DNA of 64,000 nt from Octopus bimaculoides (Eukaryota). Each line of letters begins with the position of its first letter. The stretch's first letter is position 1. Positions 41,442-54,880 of the stretch are shown one piece after another. The position numbers and the translations under genes are program-made. The stretch is taken from NCBI RefSeq assembly GCF_001194135.2, contig NC_068984.1:97917294-97981293 (forward strand). Reading direction: 5' to 3'. Below the pieces are notes generated by a model. That model was not told the DNA's origin. It searched no databases and saw only the letters and a program-made list of their open reading frames with translations.

Positions 41442-41622
41442 CTTAATAATATTGTTAATTCAATATCATTAGAAAGGCGATCAAGGGCTTCAGTGCCTTC
41501 AGAACGAATTTTATTGATTTTATCTCGAAGAGAACTGTTGGATGCATAACAAGACTGTTTCTCCTTTAAGACTTCACTTATGTTAGGTTGACGAAGGAAT
41601 GCAACAACTTTATCATTGTATG
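41442..41622 (-). CDS. HECW1/HECW2: HECW exon, helical-box region: (A)[59 protein letters not shown](S)
   Basis: tttcag acceptor, AG|gtaaat donor, 181 nt; [14 protein letters not shown] is diagnostic of HECW. Confidence 0.97.
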
Positions 41623-42435
41623 CTGAAAAGACAATAATTCAAACTGCATGAATCTCATTCAAATAATATTCAATAAAATGATGATTTTATTTTGACACAG
41701 ATAAACAGGAATCAATTTTTGGATAATTTTGTTTGTCCTGAGAGCATAAAAAGAATGTAAGTGAATGCTATTCTGACTGGAATTGAAACTGTTGTTTGGG
41801 CTTGTTTTATCAAGAACTTACCATTTAATCATAGAACCTGCTTGCACAAAGAAAACAACAATAATAATATTGCAAGCCGGTGAATAATCAATCATACTGA
41901 CTTCAGTGTATTGCTGGTAGTTTATAGAGTGTGTGCAAAAGGAATGTTAAACTAACTTGGCAGGATTTGAGCAAAGAACTGTGAAGGACAAATTGAAATC
42001 TCACAAAGCACTTAATTTGATATTTTTTCACATCCAATATCTTTGCAGTTTTGAACTGTATGCAAAGTCATCTCTAGTCTTTTTTTAAAGGAAAGAAAAA
42101 AAAAAACGAACTTGACAATCTTGATACTCATTGCCTCCCTGCAGGATGAAAGACAAAGTTGATGCTCATGGGATTCCCACAAAACACTTTACCTTATCAC
42201 CATCATGACTGTCGCTTTGTTGCTATCATAATAATACTAAGTCTTTCTAATTTTGGCACAAGGTCAGCAATTTTCTTTGGGTGGAGATTAGACTGGTACT
42301 TTTTACTGACCCCAAAAGAATGAAAGGTAAAGCTGACATCTGTGGGATTTGCACTCAGAATGAAATGAGTTGGAATAAATGCTACAGAGCAGTTTTTTTC
42401 AGTGCTTTAAAATCTGCCAAACAATAATAATTTAC

Positions 42436-42481
42436 CTGTTGGAATTACATCACTTCCAGCATTTCGAGGAGGTGGTGTTGG
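42436..42481 (-). CDS. HECW1/HECW2: HECW small exon: PTPPPRNAGSDVIPT(A)
   Basis: tttcag acceptor, ACAG|gtaaat donor, 46 nt; supplies the required phase 0 to phase 1 switch and joins to give [13 protein letters not shown]. Confidence 0.88.
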
Positions 42482-44271
42482 CTGAAATGGAAAGCAAACC
42501 AAGTTGAACAAAATGTTAAATTTTTAAACATACATTTAGAAAAGAAAAATACAAAACAACAGCAATAACCATATCAATCAATATATTCTAAGATTTCTAG
42601 CCTTGTCAGCATAAAGTAGTGTTAATAGTATTTATAGGGTCAAACTGCAGACTAACACACATACACAATTTGAGGTAATTTTAGTATATGACATGCATTA
42701 GAGACTAGGCTTTCTGAATAATTGAAATAGAGAAGGTGGTAGCAGTAGCATTTATTTTTGCTGTGATTCTAAAAGCAGTAATAGTCAGAGAAAGAAGAGA
42801 AGTTGTGTGAGAAGGAAGCCCCCATCTTAAGATTTAGTTAGTGTACTAAGTGGGTAAATTAGAGCTGTTGATGTTTAAGTTTAAATTGTAACATGAGCAA
42901 TGAAAGAAGGCAAATTCACAGACATGACCCTGAAAAAGAGGCCTCTGAGAAAATATTTAGTACGAAGACCGGTTGGGATGAAAAATAAAAGGTGATGAAA
43001 TGATTAGCTTGTACAGAGTTAAGCAATTCAGAGAAACATCTTAATAGTAGTATAACAGTGAAAGAGAAAATGAAACTCAGTAATAAATCAAAAGTAGATG
43101 TGCTTAACAATTGAGTGGAAGAAGTTTTTCTGAACACAGTTTGTTTGTGTGTGTATGTGTGTGTGTGATGGCATGCCTGCGCATATGTGCATGTGTAAGA
43201 CGCAAGCTGAAGTTATTCAGATTTTATGTCTAAAAATATCATGATCAATTTTCTCCATACTGGGTACTTGAGGAATTGTAAACTTGAAATTACAAATGTT
43301 TTGGTATAAGTCACATCAGTTCATAAACTGGCTTGGTATTTTTTCTCCTCAAAGATGCTATATGGTCAAGAAACAGTAAATTTGGGGATTACATAGCTAC
43401 AGACCTACACACACTCATTTTATCAAATATAATCCACATTGTGGTGAGTACTCACCACAATGTCGATTATATATAAAATAAGTGTGTAGCTATTACATAT
43501 CTACACCTGAGAATGTATTTATGAACTCAATTCACTGATTATAATACAGCTAAAGCTATGATTGTGGAAGTTCTCTACAAATTGTATAACAATGTGGGTG
43601 ATGAAAGAAAACAAAAAGAATGAAAGATAAAATGCAGAAAAGATTGTAGGAAATATTTTAACTCTAATGAACTATATAAACACTGCACAAAGTATATACA
43701 TATTTTATATAATGTTCTTTCAGAATGTACATCGTATTTTATATTAATTGTACATTATACATTGTAACTGTTTGATTAAGATGTCACAGTAATAAAACAC
43801 TCTGCGTTTAAGGTGCCACAGAAACAAGACACTGGGTGCTTGATGTGTGACAGTTACACAACACTGCAGTTAGGGTGCTACAGTAATGGGACACTGTAGT
43901 TAAAGCTTTAAAGTTCCAGAGTAAGGGGACACTATAACTGTTCAAAACCAACATCTATAGTGTTGAACCTTAAGACAAGGTACATATCTCTATTAGTATT
44001 ATTTTTGGCAAACTCACAAATAAGTTTTGTTTCCACTTATTGGATGAGTAGTGAGTAAAAGGATGAGCATCCTGGTTTAAAAAAATTCCTTGGGCAAAAA
44101 CCATCTCACACATGCTAAGATAGAGTGGAGTTAGATGGGAAAGGGTGAAAATTTCGTAAAAGCTCAACATATTTTAGTAAATCAAGCAGATCAAAATAAA
44201 TGTTTGCAGAGAGATTAAAAAACAAACATTTGAATATTTTAGGATCATAAGATAAAATGGCTCCTACTTAC

Positions 44272-44568
44272 TGCGCCTGTATGAGAAGCTGAATGTGAAA
44301 GAGAATGTGTACTGTGAGAAGTTGAGTGTGGGCCGCCTAAGTGTGGGCTCGAGTGTGAATGTGTACCTCCTGAGTGTGGACTTGAATGAGAGCTGCTACT
44401 GTGAGGGCCTCCAGCATGATAAGAAGTGGAGTGAGGACTTCCAGTGTGAGAGCCATCCAAGCGCAAGAAGGACATATGTAGAAAGTAAGGGTTTACTGGG
44501 GGAGTATCAACTGGCAAGCGTGGGTCTATGAAAGTTGTTGTTCTATTTACATGATCAATAAAAAAAGC
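44272..44568 (-). CDS. HECW1/HECW2: HECW exon, rest of WW domain plus His/Ser/Gly-rich insert: AFFIDHVNRTTTFIDPRLPVDTPP...SHTGA
   Basis: tttcag acceptor, GCA|gtaagt donor, 297 nt (99 codons) with no stop; FFIDH...TTFIDPR completes the WW domain. Confidence 0.93.
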
Positions 44569-45031
44569 CTGAAATAAAAGTAAAAAAAAAAAAAAAAATT
44601 AGATCATGGCTTTATTTTCTTTTAAAATGTGATATTGTCAGGCTTCATTTTGTATAGAGTTTGGTACAATATGCAGGGAAATTTTAGAAGTACCATTAGT
44701 ATTTAAATACTACAGATAATTATTTTTTATATTATGAAAATTTAGTATTTATATATTTCTAACACTATTTTTGCTATTATGTTGTGAATATCATTTGCTA
44801 TTTTGCATTATATATTTCAGAAAAAGGTCTTCATCAAAAGATGAGAATATTCAATGTTCTAAAAATGATACAACATAAATATTTATATACAACAACCATT
44901 ACAGATAACTGAGAGTGACTTGGTAGCATGTTCCATACTTTAGCTAATTGTTTTAAGCCTTTACACAGTACTGAGCAAGAACAGACATCATCTAGGCCTG
45001 CCCATAAATTTCACCCTACTTGAATATCCAG

Positions 45032-45088
<57 letters not shown>

Positions 45089-45579
45089 GGGTTGTACCAG
45101 CACAGAGCTGATGCTCATTGCTGACTAGACTAGAATAAACTGAAAACGAACGCTTTCATCAATGACACGGAACACCATCCGATCCAGGAATTGAACCCCA
45201 TGACCTTGTGATCATTCACCCAAATACACACACACACACATATAGTAGAAGTAAAAATAGAAAGCCCTTGGTATGGTACATATTTGAAAATATGAATAGA
45301 AATGGCTTTCTTGATAATTTTTTCATTCTCATAATTAGATATCTATAAATTATTTGGTATTCACAAATCATGACACTTAAAGGTGATTTTCAAACTGTGT
45401 AGGCTGTTGAACTATGAACACACACGTATATAGACACACACAGACGTATATGTATATAAAAAAAAAGGGGGAGAAAGGAGAATGAAGTAGATCAAAAATA
45501 AAAACATTAAATTTTACTTTGTTCAACATACATGCATGCACACACACACACATATACATTGATATTTTGCATAACTGCT

Positions 45580-46962
45580 CATAACATTGTAAACTGTTCC
45601 AATCCTGTACAACACACTAGTTCAAATAAGCCAAACAACAGATACAGGAATCAGGATGTCCTCTGGTTCAACTCAATTTTTGGTTTGCATGTTTCAGCCA
45701 AGATTGCTGGAAAATTTTTTGCTGCTTTGGACAAATGATTTCCTAAATGTAATAGATACCTTGCTATTTTTCATCAGCACACTGTGAAGGTGTCCTACAC
45801 TAACTGCTAATTTAGAGCAGCATATGCACTGCATAAACAATAGTAAAATGTGACAACAGTTCAGTAATCAGCAAACATACACATTTAAATACCAACAAAA
45901 GAGATGTAAACTGCAATGTAAGGTACCAGGTACGACCAAATTATGATAGTAGAAATGATTATGATATAGCTAACATGGTAACAATGTTGGAAAATGAAGT
46001 CAGAAATGCCATTTATACAAATAAATATGATAAATGCTCATGCAGAGAAAAATCAAAATGCCCACTGATGGACTGTATGAGTACAAATCTTGTATATAAA
46101 TATACTGTGCACACTGGGGGAGGGCTGTATATTTACATCGGGCAGACGGCTGATTCATTTAAGAATTGTTATTGCAACCATGTTGCTAGCTTCAAGCGAA
46201 TCAATAAGAGACAGTCACATCTTTGGCCGATTTTGTGTGGCGGCTGAAGGAAGATAAAATTAAGTATATCATAACTTGGTCCATAGTAAGGCACACAGAA
46301 CCATACAATATCATTTCCAGGAGATGCTGACTTTGCTCCGAGGAATCTCTGTCTATTCTGTGGACCAATGAGAAGATCATTAATAAAATTTCTGAAAGAC
46401 TCTCAAGATACCTACATGCATATAAATGTACTTTCACACGATACAGTGGGAATGAATATGAGTAACTGTTAACATAATTTATGTTAAGGTATGAATGAAT
46501 TAAGTTTAGCTTTAACCTCCCCCATTCTTATAAACACCAAGTAGCTATTTAACTCACTATGTGAACGTGTGTGCACCAAACCACATGTGTGCATATGCTT
46601 ACATCTTCTTGGATGCCTGTATGAGCAAGTTTACAGGTGCCATGCAAATTGTGCGATGGTGTTTATCCATCCATATCTGTTAATGGTTATTTTTAATACG
46701 TTTTCCTGCTGTATTGCACATTTGTTTCTTTTTTGCATCTGTTATTTTATTTTTGATCTTCTATATCAATGAAGATATTTCCTTCGTTTTGCTGCTTTTC
46801 TTTCTACGAAATGGGAAGATCCATTGTAGAACTGTTATTTGAACGACATATCTATTTATCCCCTGACAACAAACATTTGCACCACCTGATGCTCCTAAAC
46901 CAGTTGTTAAGTGTCCCACCCATGAGGGATCGATGCTAGATGTGTTGAAACAATCATCATGA
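45580..46962 (+). mobile_element. Penelope-like retroelement 3' portion with GIY-YIG endonuclease
   Basis: WFN..F...V...I..KF...LDK.FP...TVKVSY; C.CR.K..CPL; LVYK...YIGQT..SFK..Y.NH..SF. Confidence 0.85.
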
Positions 46963-46966
46963 TTAA

Positions 46967-47186
46967 CCCTTTCGTTACCGTATTTATTTTGAGATGCTCT
47001 GTGTTCCTTTCAATTGCTTTAAATATAACAAAGAATTTAGTAAAATAATTTAGTTATTACTCAGCTAGTGTTAGGAACATAAATTGTGACTAAGGTTTGG
47101 TGGAAGATTTTAATTCAAAGTTTATGAAAACAAGATATTTGTACTCAGAGGCAGAGCTGGTTTCAGCTGGGTTGGTAGTGAAAGGG
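46967..47186. mobile_element. piggyBac-type MITE, 220 bp
   Basis: TTAA on both sides; TIR CCCTTTCGTTACC / GGTAGTGAAAGGG. Confidence 0.85.
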
Positions 47187-47891
47187 TTAATAAAAATTGT
47201 CGTATATTCCATCTTCCATTTATGTCTTTTACTTGTTTCTGTCATTACATGGCAGCCATGCTGGAGCACCACCTTGAAGAATTTTTAATCAAATGAATTG
47301 ACCCCAATACTTATAATTATTGTTCTTTTTTTTTTTAAAAGCCTGGTACTTATTCAATTGGTCACTTTTGCTGAACTGCTAAATTACAGGGATGTAAACT
47401 CACCAACACTTCTTGTCAACAGGTGGTGGGAGACAAAAGAAACACAAAGACACACACACACACACACAACAGGCGTCTATCTGTTTCCATCTACTAAATC
47501 CACTCTCAAAGCTTTGGGCGACCCAAGGCTATAAGTAGAAGCCACTTGTCCAAGGTGCTATGCAGTGGGACTAAACCTAGAACAATGTGGTTGGGATGGA
47601 TATATATATATATATATACACATAGGCACATATATTATTGACTGCACATACACAATGTCTGAGTTTTGTTTGTTTGCCAGTTTGATGTGGTAAAGTGCTT
47701 GGGGAGATGACTCCCTCATAATGTTGGGTATTAAAACACCTGAAAACCATAGATAGGTGCAACAATGAGGGAGTCATCCCCCAAGTACTGTACCACATCA
47801 AACAGGTGAACAAACAAGACATGTACATTGAATATATGTAGTTGATGAGGTTTACAACGCTAGCGCTATCTTTAATTCATTATTGAATATA

Positions 47892-47935
<44 letters not shown>

Positions 47936-48777
47936 NNNNNNNNNNNNNNNNNNNNNNNNNNNNNNNNNNNNNNNNNNNNNNNNNNNNNNNNNNNNNNNNN
48001 NNNNNNNNNNNNNNNNNNNNNNNNNNNNNNNNNNNNNNNNNNNNNNNNNNNNNNNNNNNNNNNNNNNNNNNNNNNNNNNNNNNNNNNNNNNNNNNNNNNN
48101 NNNNNNNNNNNNNNNNNNNNNNNNNNNNNNNNNNNNNNNNNNNNNNNNNNNNNNNNNNNNNNNNNNNNNNNNNNNNNNNNNNNNNNNNNNNNNNNNNNNN
48201 NNNNNNNNNNNNNNNNNNNNNNNNNNNNNNNNNNNNNNNNNNNNNNNNNNNNNNNNNNNNNNNNNNNNNNNNNNNNNNNNNNNNNNNNNNNNNNNNNNNN
48301 NNNNNNNNNNNNNNNNNNNNNNNNNNNNNNNNNNNNNNNNNNNNNNNNNNNNNNNNNNNNNNNNNNNNNNNNNNNNNNNNNNNNNNNNNNNNNNNNNNNN
48401 NNNNNNNNNNNNNNNNNNNNNNNNNNNNNNNNNNNNNNNNNNNNNNNNNNNNNNNNNNNNNNNNNNNNNNNNNNNNNNNNNNNNNNNNNNNNNNNNNNNN
48501 NNNNNNNNNNNNNNNNNNNNNNNNNNNNNNNNNNNNNNNNNNNNNNNNNNNNNNNNNNNNNNNNNNNNNNNNNNNNNNNNNNNNNNNNNNNNNNNNNNNN
48601 NNNNNNNNNNNNNNNNNNNNNNNNNNNNNNNNNNNNNNNNNNNNNNNNNNNNNNNNNNNNNNNNNNNNNNNNNNNNNNNNNNNNNNNNNNNNNNNNNNNN
48701 NNNNNNNNNNNNNNNNNNNNNNNNNNNNNNNNNNNNNNNNNNNNNNNNNNNNNNNNNNNNNNNNNNNNNNNNNNNNN
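47936..48777. other. Assembly gap; other gaps at 5567-5920, 13945-14128, 59061-59088 and 60921-60930
   Basis: Runs of N. Confidence 1.
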
Positions 48778-51700
48778 TAACTTGTCCTGTACGTTTCCAG
48801 GTTTATAATCTTAAGAATATGACTTTTCATGCTCGCATTTTTCCATGTAATCCATGACTTTTCCAGGCATTGCTGTTATAAGATAATTAATAATGTGTCA
48901 ATTAATAATTTAAGATTTTACCTTATAAAATACTGAAAGATAATATTTCAATTTTTCCATGTAAGTGATGATAATATTTCAATTTTTACATGTTTAATTT
49001 AAATATATATTGTGATTGAATTATTTGATATTACCCATCCACACCAAATTAATGGCAGGGATTTTTACCATATTGTTGGTTGCACCATGGCTTACCAAAA
49101 GTTACAAACAACAAGACTCCAAAAGCATTAGTTACCAGGCTCACCTTGAGAAACATAATTTTGCAATATTAGGAGATTCATTCAACGGAAAAAAAAATTT
49201 CCAATGATTCTGGGATTGCCCCCACCACACCTCATTTTTTCCGAACCAAAATAAGGGATTTGCAGCATATTAGGAGGTCAGGGTACTTGATTCCACACAA
49301 AAAAATCAAATTTCTTTTTTCTTAGTGAAAATCGTAGAAATTGACCATAATGTTATTTAGCTCCAAATAAACCCTGTTGCTGTAAATGTATCATCAAAGA
49401 TATTCCAGTCTTTAGCAAATCATATTTTTAGGGATAATCTAGGACATCACATACAATGGGCATGTGATTTAGGTAGGGGGATACTTTGGCTGCTACTTTT
49501 AGCGTGTCGAGCAACCAGGTAGAGGCTCCTTCATTGGTTCGATTGTGTGATGAGATTTTTTTTACGCATATCTGTAATATGTATATATATCATTAGCAGA
49601 AGTTAGAGAGTAAGACAAAAGCTGAGAGTTTCGTGTATTGGCACTTATCAAACATGAATTTGGCCATTGTCACTCTGTAACTCCTGACGAAATAACTTCT
49701 AAAATACAAAATTTTGTCAAAAATGTTATGAGTAAACCCTGTTCTAAGTGACACATTCTACCAGTATCAGAAGTTTGAAAGTGTTCAGTTAAAAAAAATT
49801 AATGAAATAATCTGTACATCCAATTGAAGAGATTCGAAATGGATGAAAGGCAAAGTCAACCTCAATGGAATTTGAACTCAGAATGTAAAGACAGATGAAA
49901 TACCACTTCTAAAATATGAAATGTTTTCAAAAATGTTAAGAGTGTAAACCCTGTACTATGTGACATATTCTACCAGTATCGGAAGTTTGAAAGTGTTTAG
50001 TTAGAAAAAATTAATTAAATAATCTGTATGTCAAAGTCGACCTTGGCGAAATTTGAACTCAAAAACATAAAGACAGACGAAATACCATTAAGCATTTCGC
50101 CTGGCACACTAACATTTCTGCCAGCTCGCTGCCTTAGAAAGTAAACATTCATTTCAGAAATATATTCTTTATTCTTATTGCTTAAGCATTACTCCCTTAC
50201 TTACTGACATGAAATTTCATAACATTTTACTTCATAACTCCTTTTCTACAAATTTTTGTTCAATGCGACTAACGATTCTGAATTCCTCATGCATTTTTTT
50301 ATCATTTAAGCCTAAGAAAGGTATACTTTTAATTTGAAATTAAAAAATTTATGTTAATTGAAGATGAATATCTGCCTTACTGCCCCCCTTGAGGTTGCAG
50401 ATACTTTGGTGTAACTTTTTTGCTACTGAACCAAATCTCAAAGTGTAGCTGAGGCTATTAACAGTTTGTAATTTAGTTGAGAATTGAATTAGTGGTGAAG
50501 CTTGGAAGCTGCTGCAATTGATGAAATGGTGGACTTCAGAATATATTTATAAATATATTTACATTGAATAGTGAACAGACAAAAGAATGAAGACAGTGTT
50601 ACATAAATTTATTAGAGGTTACAGTTGTTTCAGTAGCCAGTGAACCATTTCATCCATTAAATACACATTGGTTTGTACATATAAAAATTATGTAAACCCA
50701 AGCAATAATAGAGTACTGCTTGCTGTGTCATCAGACCTCTGAAAGTTATGCTGTTTATATTTTAAGAATTTCTAAATATACTGAGGGATATTTCATTGCA
50801 AAATATCAGAGTTATAAACAGAGTCTATCCCATCCAATATTGTTCTGTAGATGGACAAGATAAATAAGGGACATGTAAGATTACTTTCTTTGATTTAGTA
50901 TAAATCAAAGCTTTAGTATAAAGCTGGTGTTGCTGTCCCTGATAGGCCAAGAGGTCATCAAGTTTATTGAACACATGTACAATGAATGAAGAGAGAAATG
51001 AATTTGTTAGATACAAAATTACAAAGAGAAGGCAGTTCGCTATGACAATCACAGAGCAGTTATATAGAGAAGAGTTGATACAGAGATGAAATCTGAAAGG
51101 AATTAAAATCAATAAGGGTGGTGTGGGGGAAGGGGAGATATCATTAGAATGAATGCACAGAATAAATTAGTGCCTGTTTCTGTAATCAATTCTAGATAAT
51201 TAACAGAAATTAATTAAATGCATTAATTATAGATTAAATTATACATTAGTTAAGAAATGAGTGATTGGTTGAAATAACTGAGTGGGTGGGTGAATCAATG
51301 AAGTAGGAGCATTACCATAAATATTAGTTGAATCAAGGTAAGTTAGCTATGTGATATTTTGATGTTGTGTACAAATATAAAGACATATAGGCACACAGCA
51401 GGCTTCTTTTAGTTTCTCTTTACCAATTTCACTCACAAAGTATTTGGCTGATTTACAACTGTAGTATAGAATGTTAACCTACAACTCTCACACATTGGGA
51501 CTGAACTCCTAACCATGTGGTTCTGAAGTGTGCCTGTCTCTATCTATATCCATTCATTAATAGATGGACACATAGATTAACTTGTGTGGGGGATTGAAGT
51601 AATATTTTTATCAATTCAGATGTCTCAAACAAAATGTAAATATACATGCTGGTGATGTGTAAAACATAAATACACTTTCCTTTGGCTCTATAATACAGTA

Positions 51701-52219
51701 TTATAAGGAAGACATGTTAGATGGATATGGTGTCAGTTTCTCAAACAAAATTCTATGAGTAGCATTTGTTTATGTATCTAAATAATAAACTAATGTACTC
51801 AAGTCAAATCTAATTATGTTCCTGTGTAAGACATTACAATTTCAGTCTAACCAATTCCACTTTCAGAGAACTCTATCTACAGTTAAATGCTAACAGTAAA
51901 ATAATTCACTGACTAGTATAGCACTGGCTACTGTGCTTAACTTGATAAAATTTACATAGTTCTAGAGATTGTTAAGTTAAAACTGCACTCTTGAGTGAGA
52001 GGCTGAGGAAATTTTTAACTACAGTTCCCCCCCTCCCAAAAAAAACCCCCACACCATGAAACCCAGCTCTACTTCTGTAAATAAGTACTTAATAATTATA
52101 TAGTTTTGACATGGAAAGGTCTCACTTATGCTGTTACTGTTAAGTTTTTGTCATTTTATAAGAAGTCATCAAATTCAATCTGTTTAATTGCTGTCTACAT
52201 CTCTAACATCTTCAGATTA

Positions 52220-54880
52220 CACTAGGCAATGAAAATTTCTGCTATTAGATGAAATGGAGCTCATAGGTAATTTGGGAGTGGTGATTCCGAATCTGCAATC
52301 ATTTTTGCTCTAGCATGTCACATTTTTGCGCTATCATTATTATACTGCTATCAAGATTACAATAATGTGAAAATTCAAGACAAATAAAATGAATGTTATG
52401 TTAAGTGTAAATTACCATTATTTGGTATAAGAACAATAGGAACTAGGTGGACAAGTAGCTCTAAAACCCAATAAAACACAAAACAAAAGTGTAGAGTGAA
52501 TATTATTAATTTTATGTTTTTCAAAAATAGCTTCAGCATCTTCTTTTACGCTTATGTTGCATGTCCATTTCTCATTTTAAAATCCAGCAGTAGTCTGTCA
52601 GCATGTTTGGTGTAAGTCTGCCACTGTAGCAGCTTTCTAGCTTTCTGATTTCTTGATGAAATCGTTCGCTGTGCTCATCGCTTACATCACAAATATTAGG
52701 AAGAAAAAAGTCAAGATATGAGTGGAGAAAATGAATTTTTAGAGACATTCTTGCTCCAAGTTGCTTATAAGCTTTCAAAAAATCGTTCACAATTGCAATG
52801 TAGTTAGATGACTTTTCATTTCCCAAAATATTTTTTTACAACAAACTTTTCCCAAGCAGTTTCCTCTACTGGGCATAATTTTTCTTGAAAACGCTCATTG
52901 CAAATTAGTGTGTGAATTTCTGGTCCATTAAAATCACCAGCTTTGATCTTAGTTTCACTCTTGCAAGAAATAAATTTTTCAATGAAATATTTGAATCCTT
53001 CACTGCCTTCATTTATGGCCTTAACAAAATTCTTAAACAAGCCAAGTTTAATGTGTAAGAGAGGAAGGTAAATTTTCTGAGAGTCAACCAAAGAAATATA
53101 TATAATGTTGTATCTCCCTGGAGTGAAATCACTTCTCTTTGGCCACTCTTTTTGATCAGTGATGCTTGTCATCTCTGCTGTTCCAAAGGAACAAAAAGCT
53201 CTGATGCTTTGTATACCCCATTTGCAACCCAAAGTCCCCACATATATTCCACTTGTGCTCAGAATATTTAATCAAGTGCAAAATTTTATCCATTGATTCA
53301 TAAGTTTCTGTTAATCCTACAGCAAGTGCTAGTGGTATTGAAGGTTTTTGATTGCCATTATGCAACAAAACTTCTTTTAGGCTTTCTTTGCTGGAATTTA
53401 TGAAGAGTCCCTATTCTTCAGGATTATGGCTGTACCCCATCTCACGTAGGAGTCCTTCAACATCACAACAAAAACAAATACCATCTTTCTCCGTAAAAAA
53501 TTCATGCAATTCTGTATACCATTTTCGAAAATATGAGCATTTCTACACCATCATGTAAAAGATTCCATTGTTTCAACCTGGAGCCCAGTAGTTCTGACTT
53601 TTCTTTTGTTAAACCCAAGTCTCTAACTAAATCATTTAACTCAAGTTGTCTTAATAAATGAACTTTTTTTTGAAGATCCTGGATCATCACAGTGATTTGC
53701 TGTATCACTTGGCACACCTTCAATTGAAGTAAATGCAGTACTTTCTTCACTTAAACTGTCTTTGTCATAAGATGAAGGAGGTTCTGGAATTGGAATATTT
53801 TCAGCAGCATGTGAAACTGGTTTTAAAGCTGAAGGGCAATCTGGATAAAACAATCTTGGATTTGTTTGTCTTAGAGAAACCTGTGATGTTAGTTAAGCAG
53901 AAATAACAATCGGTATAGTGGTTTGTTGGTTCGCGCCATATCATTGGTACTGCAAATGGCATACTTTTCTGTTTACAATTCAGCCATTGCATTAGTGTTA
54001 TGTAGCAGTTTTTGCAACAAACATGAGGTGCCCACAGTTTATCTTGGTCCCCAACTTTGCATCCAAAGTAAAGCTTGTAAGCATTTAAAAATTTCTTTGT
54101 AAGCTTATTTCTCTGATCTTTTGGTGCAAATTTTCCAAACACGTAACAAAAGCTGTCCGGATGATTAACACAAACTTTGCTGCTTATCATAAATACATAC
54201 AGTAGTAACCTAAATCAACACTCAAGGAAGCCTATCAGTAAACTAAACTATAAAATTAATCAACTGTAAATGTTACTGTAAAACATCAAAATATATTTCT
54301 CAAAAAAAAAAAAAAAAAAAAAAAATCATTGAAATTATTATAGAATGTACTGAAGCTATAGCTATCACAAAACAATTTTTCCATCTCTAAATTTCAAACA
54401 CTGATAATTTTAATAAATAACTAAACTTACTACTAAACTACTTTTCATATAACCTGGCTCTCTTATTTAATGTATTTTGTTTTAACAGCACTAGCTGTTA
54501 TCTAGAAAAGGGAGTCTGAGTGACTTACTAGAACCTAATATCAATAGCCTACTGTGAGGAGAACTTTATAATTACAGTGATAACAAAGTAAAATAAATTC
54601 TCATCTTATATGGTTAATTTAACAGGGAGCCTACATTTCCCTCTATCAGCACTTATTTTTGTTTCAGTGATGAGTATATGAATGAAAATCGAAAGCAAAT
54701 AGCCTATTACTTTGTCAATATTATCAATTGGTTGGAAAATCTGATGCTGTAAATAACTAAAAAACTACATGTGCTGTCTGTAAACTGATGTCAGATTTGG
54801 ATTCAGCACCCTAAAATTACCCTAAATCAGCTGAAAAAGTTTAAATAGCATGATAAAAAAAAAATTTTTGTTGCCCAGTG
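52220..54880 (-). mobile_element. Full-length decayed DNA transposon, most likely Chapaev3 (CMC group), 2661 bp
   Basis: Termini CACT(A/G)GGCAA..AAAATTT with about 100 bp of imperfect subterminal inverted similarity; 3-bp TSD TTA at 52217-52219 and 54881-54883; transposase motifs GDQDK.WAPH.CC, PMIWREP.NH.DCYFC, ELNDLVRDL, LHIKLGL, SDEHSERFHQ. Superfamily name assigned from recall of CAC termini with TWA TSD. Confidence 0.8.

Noticed and set aside
42880-43140. YEDRL...GD.I.LY-like CR1/L2 tail remnant
   Set aside because: Too short and degenerate to list as a feature
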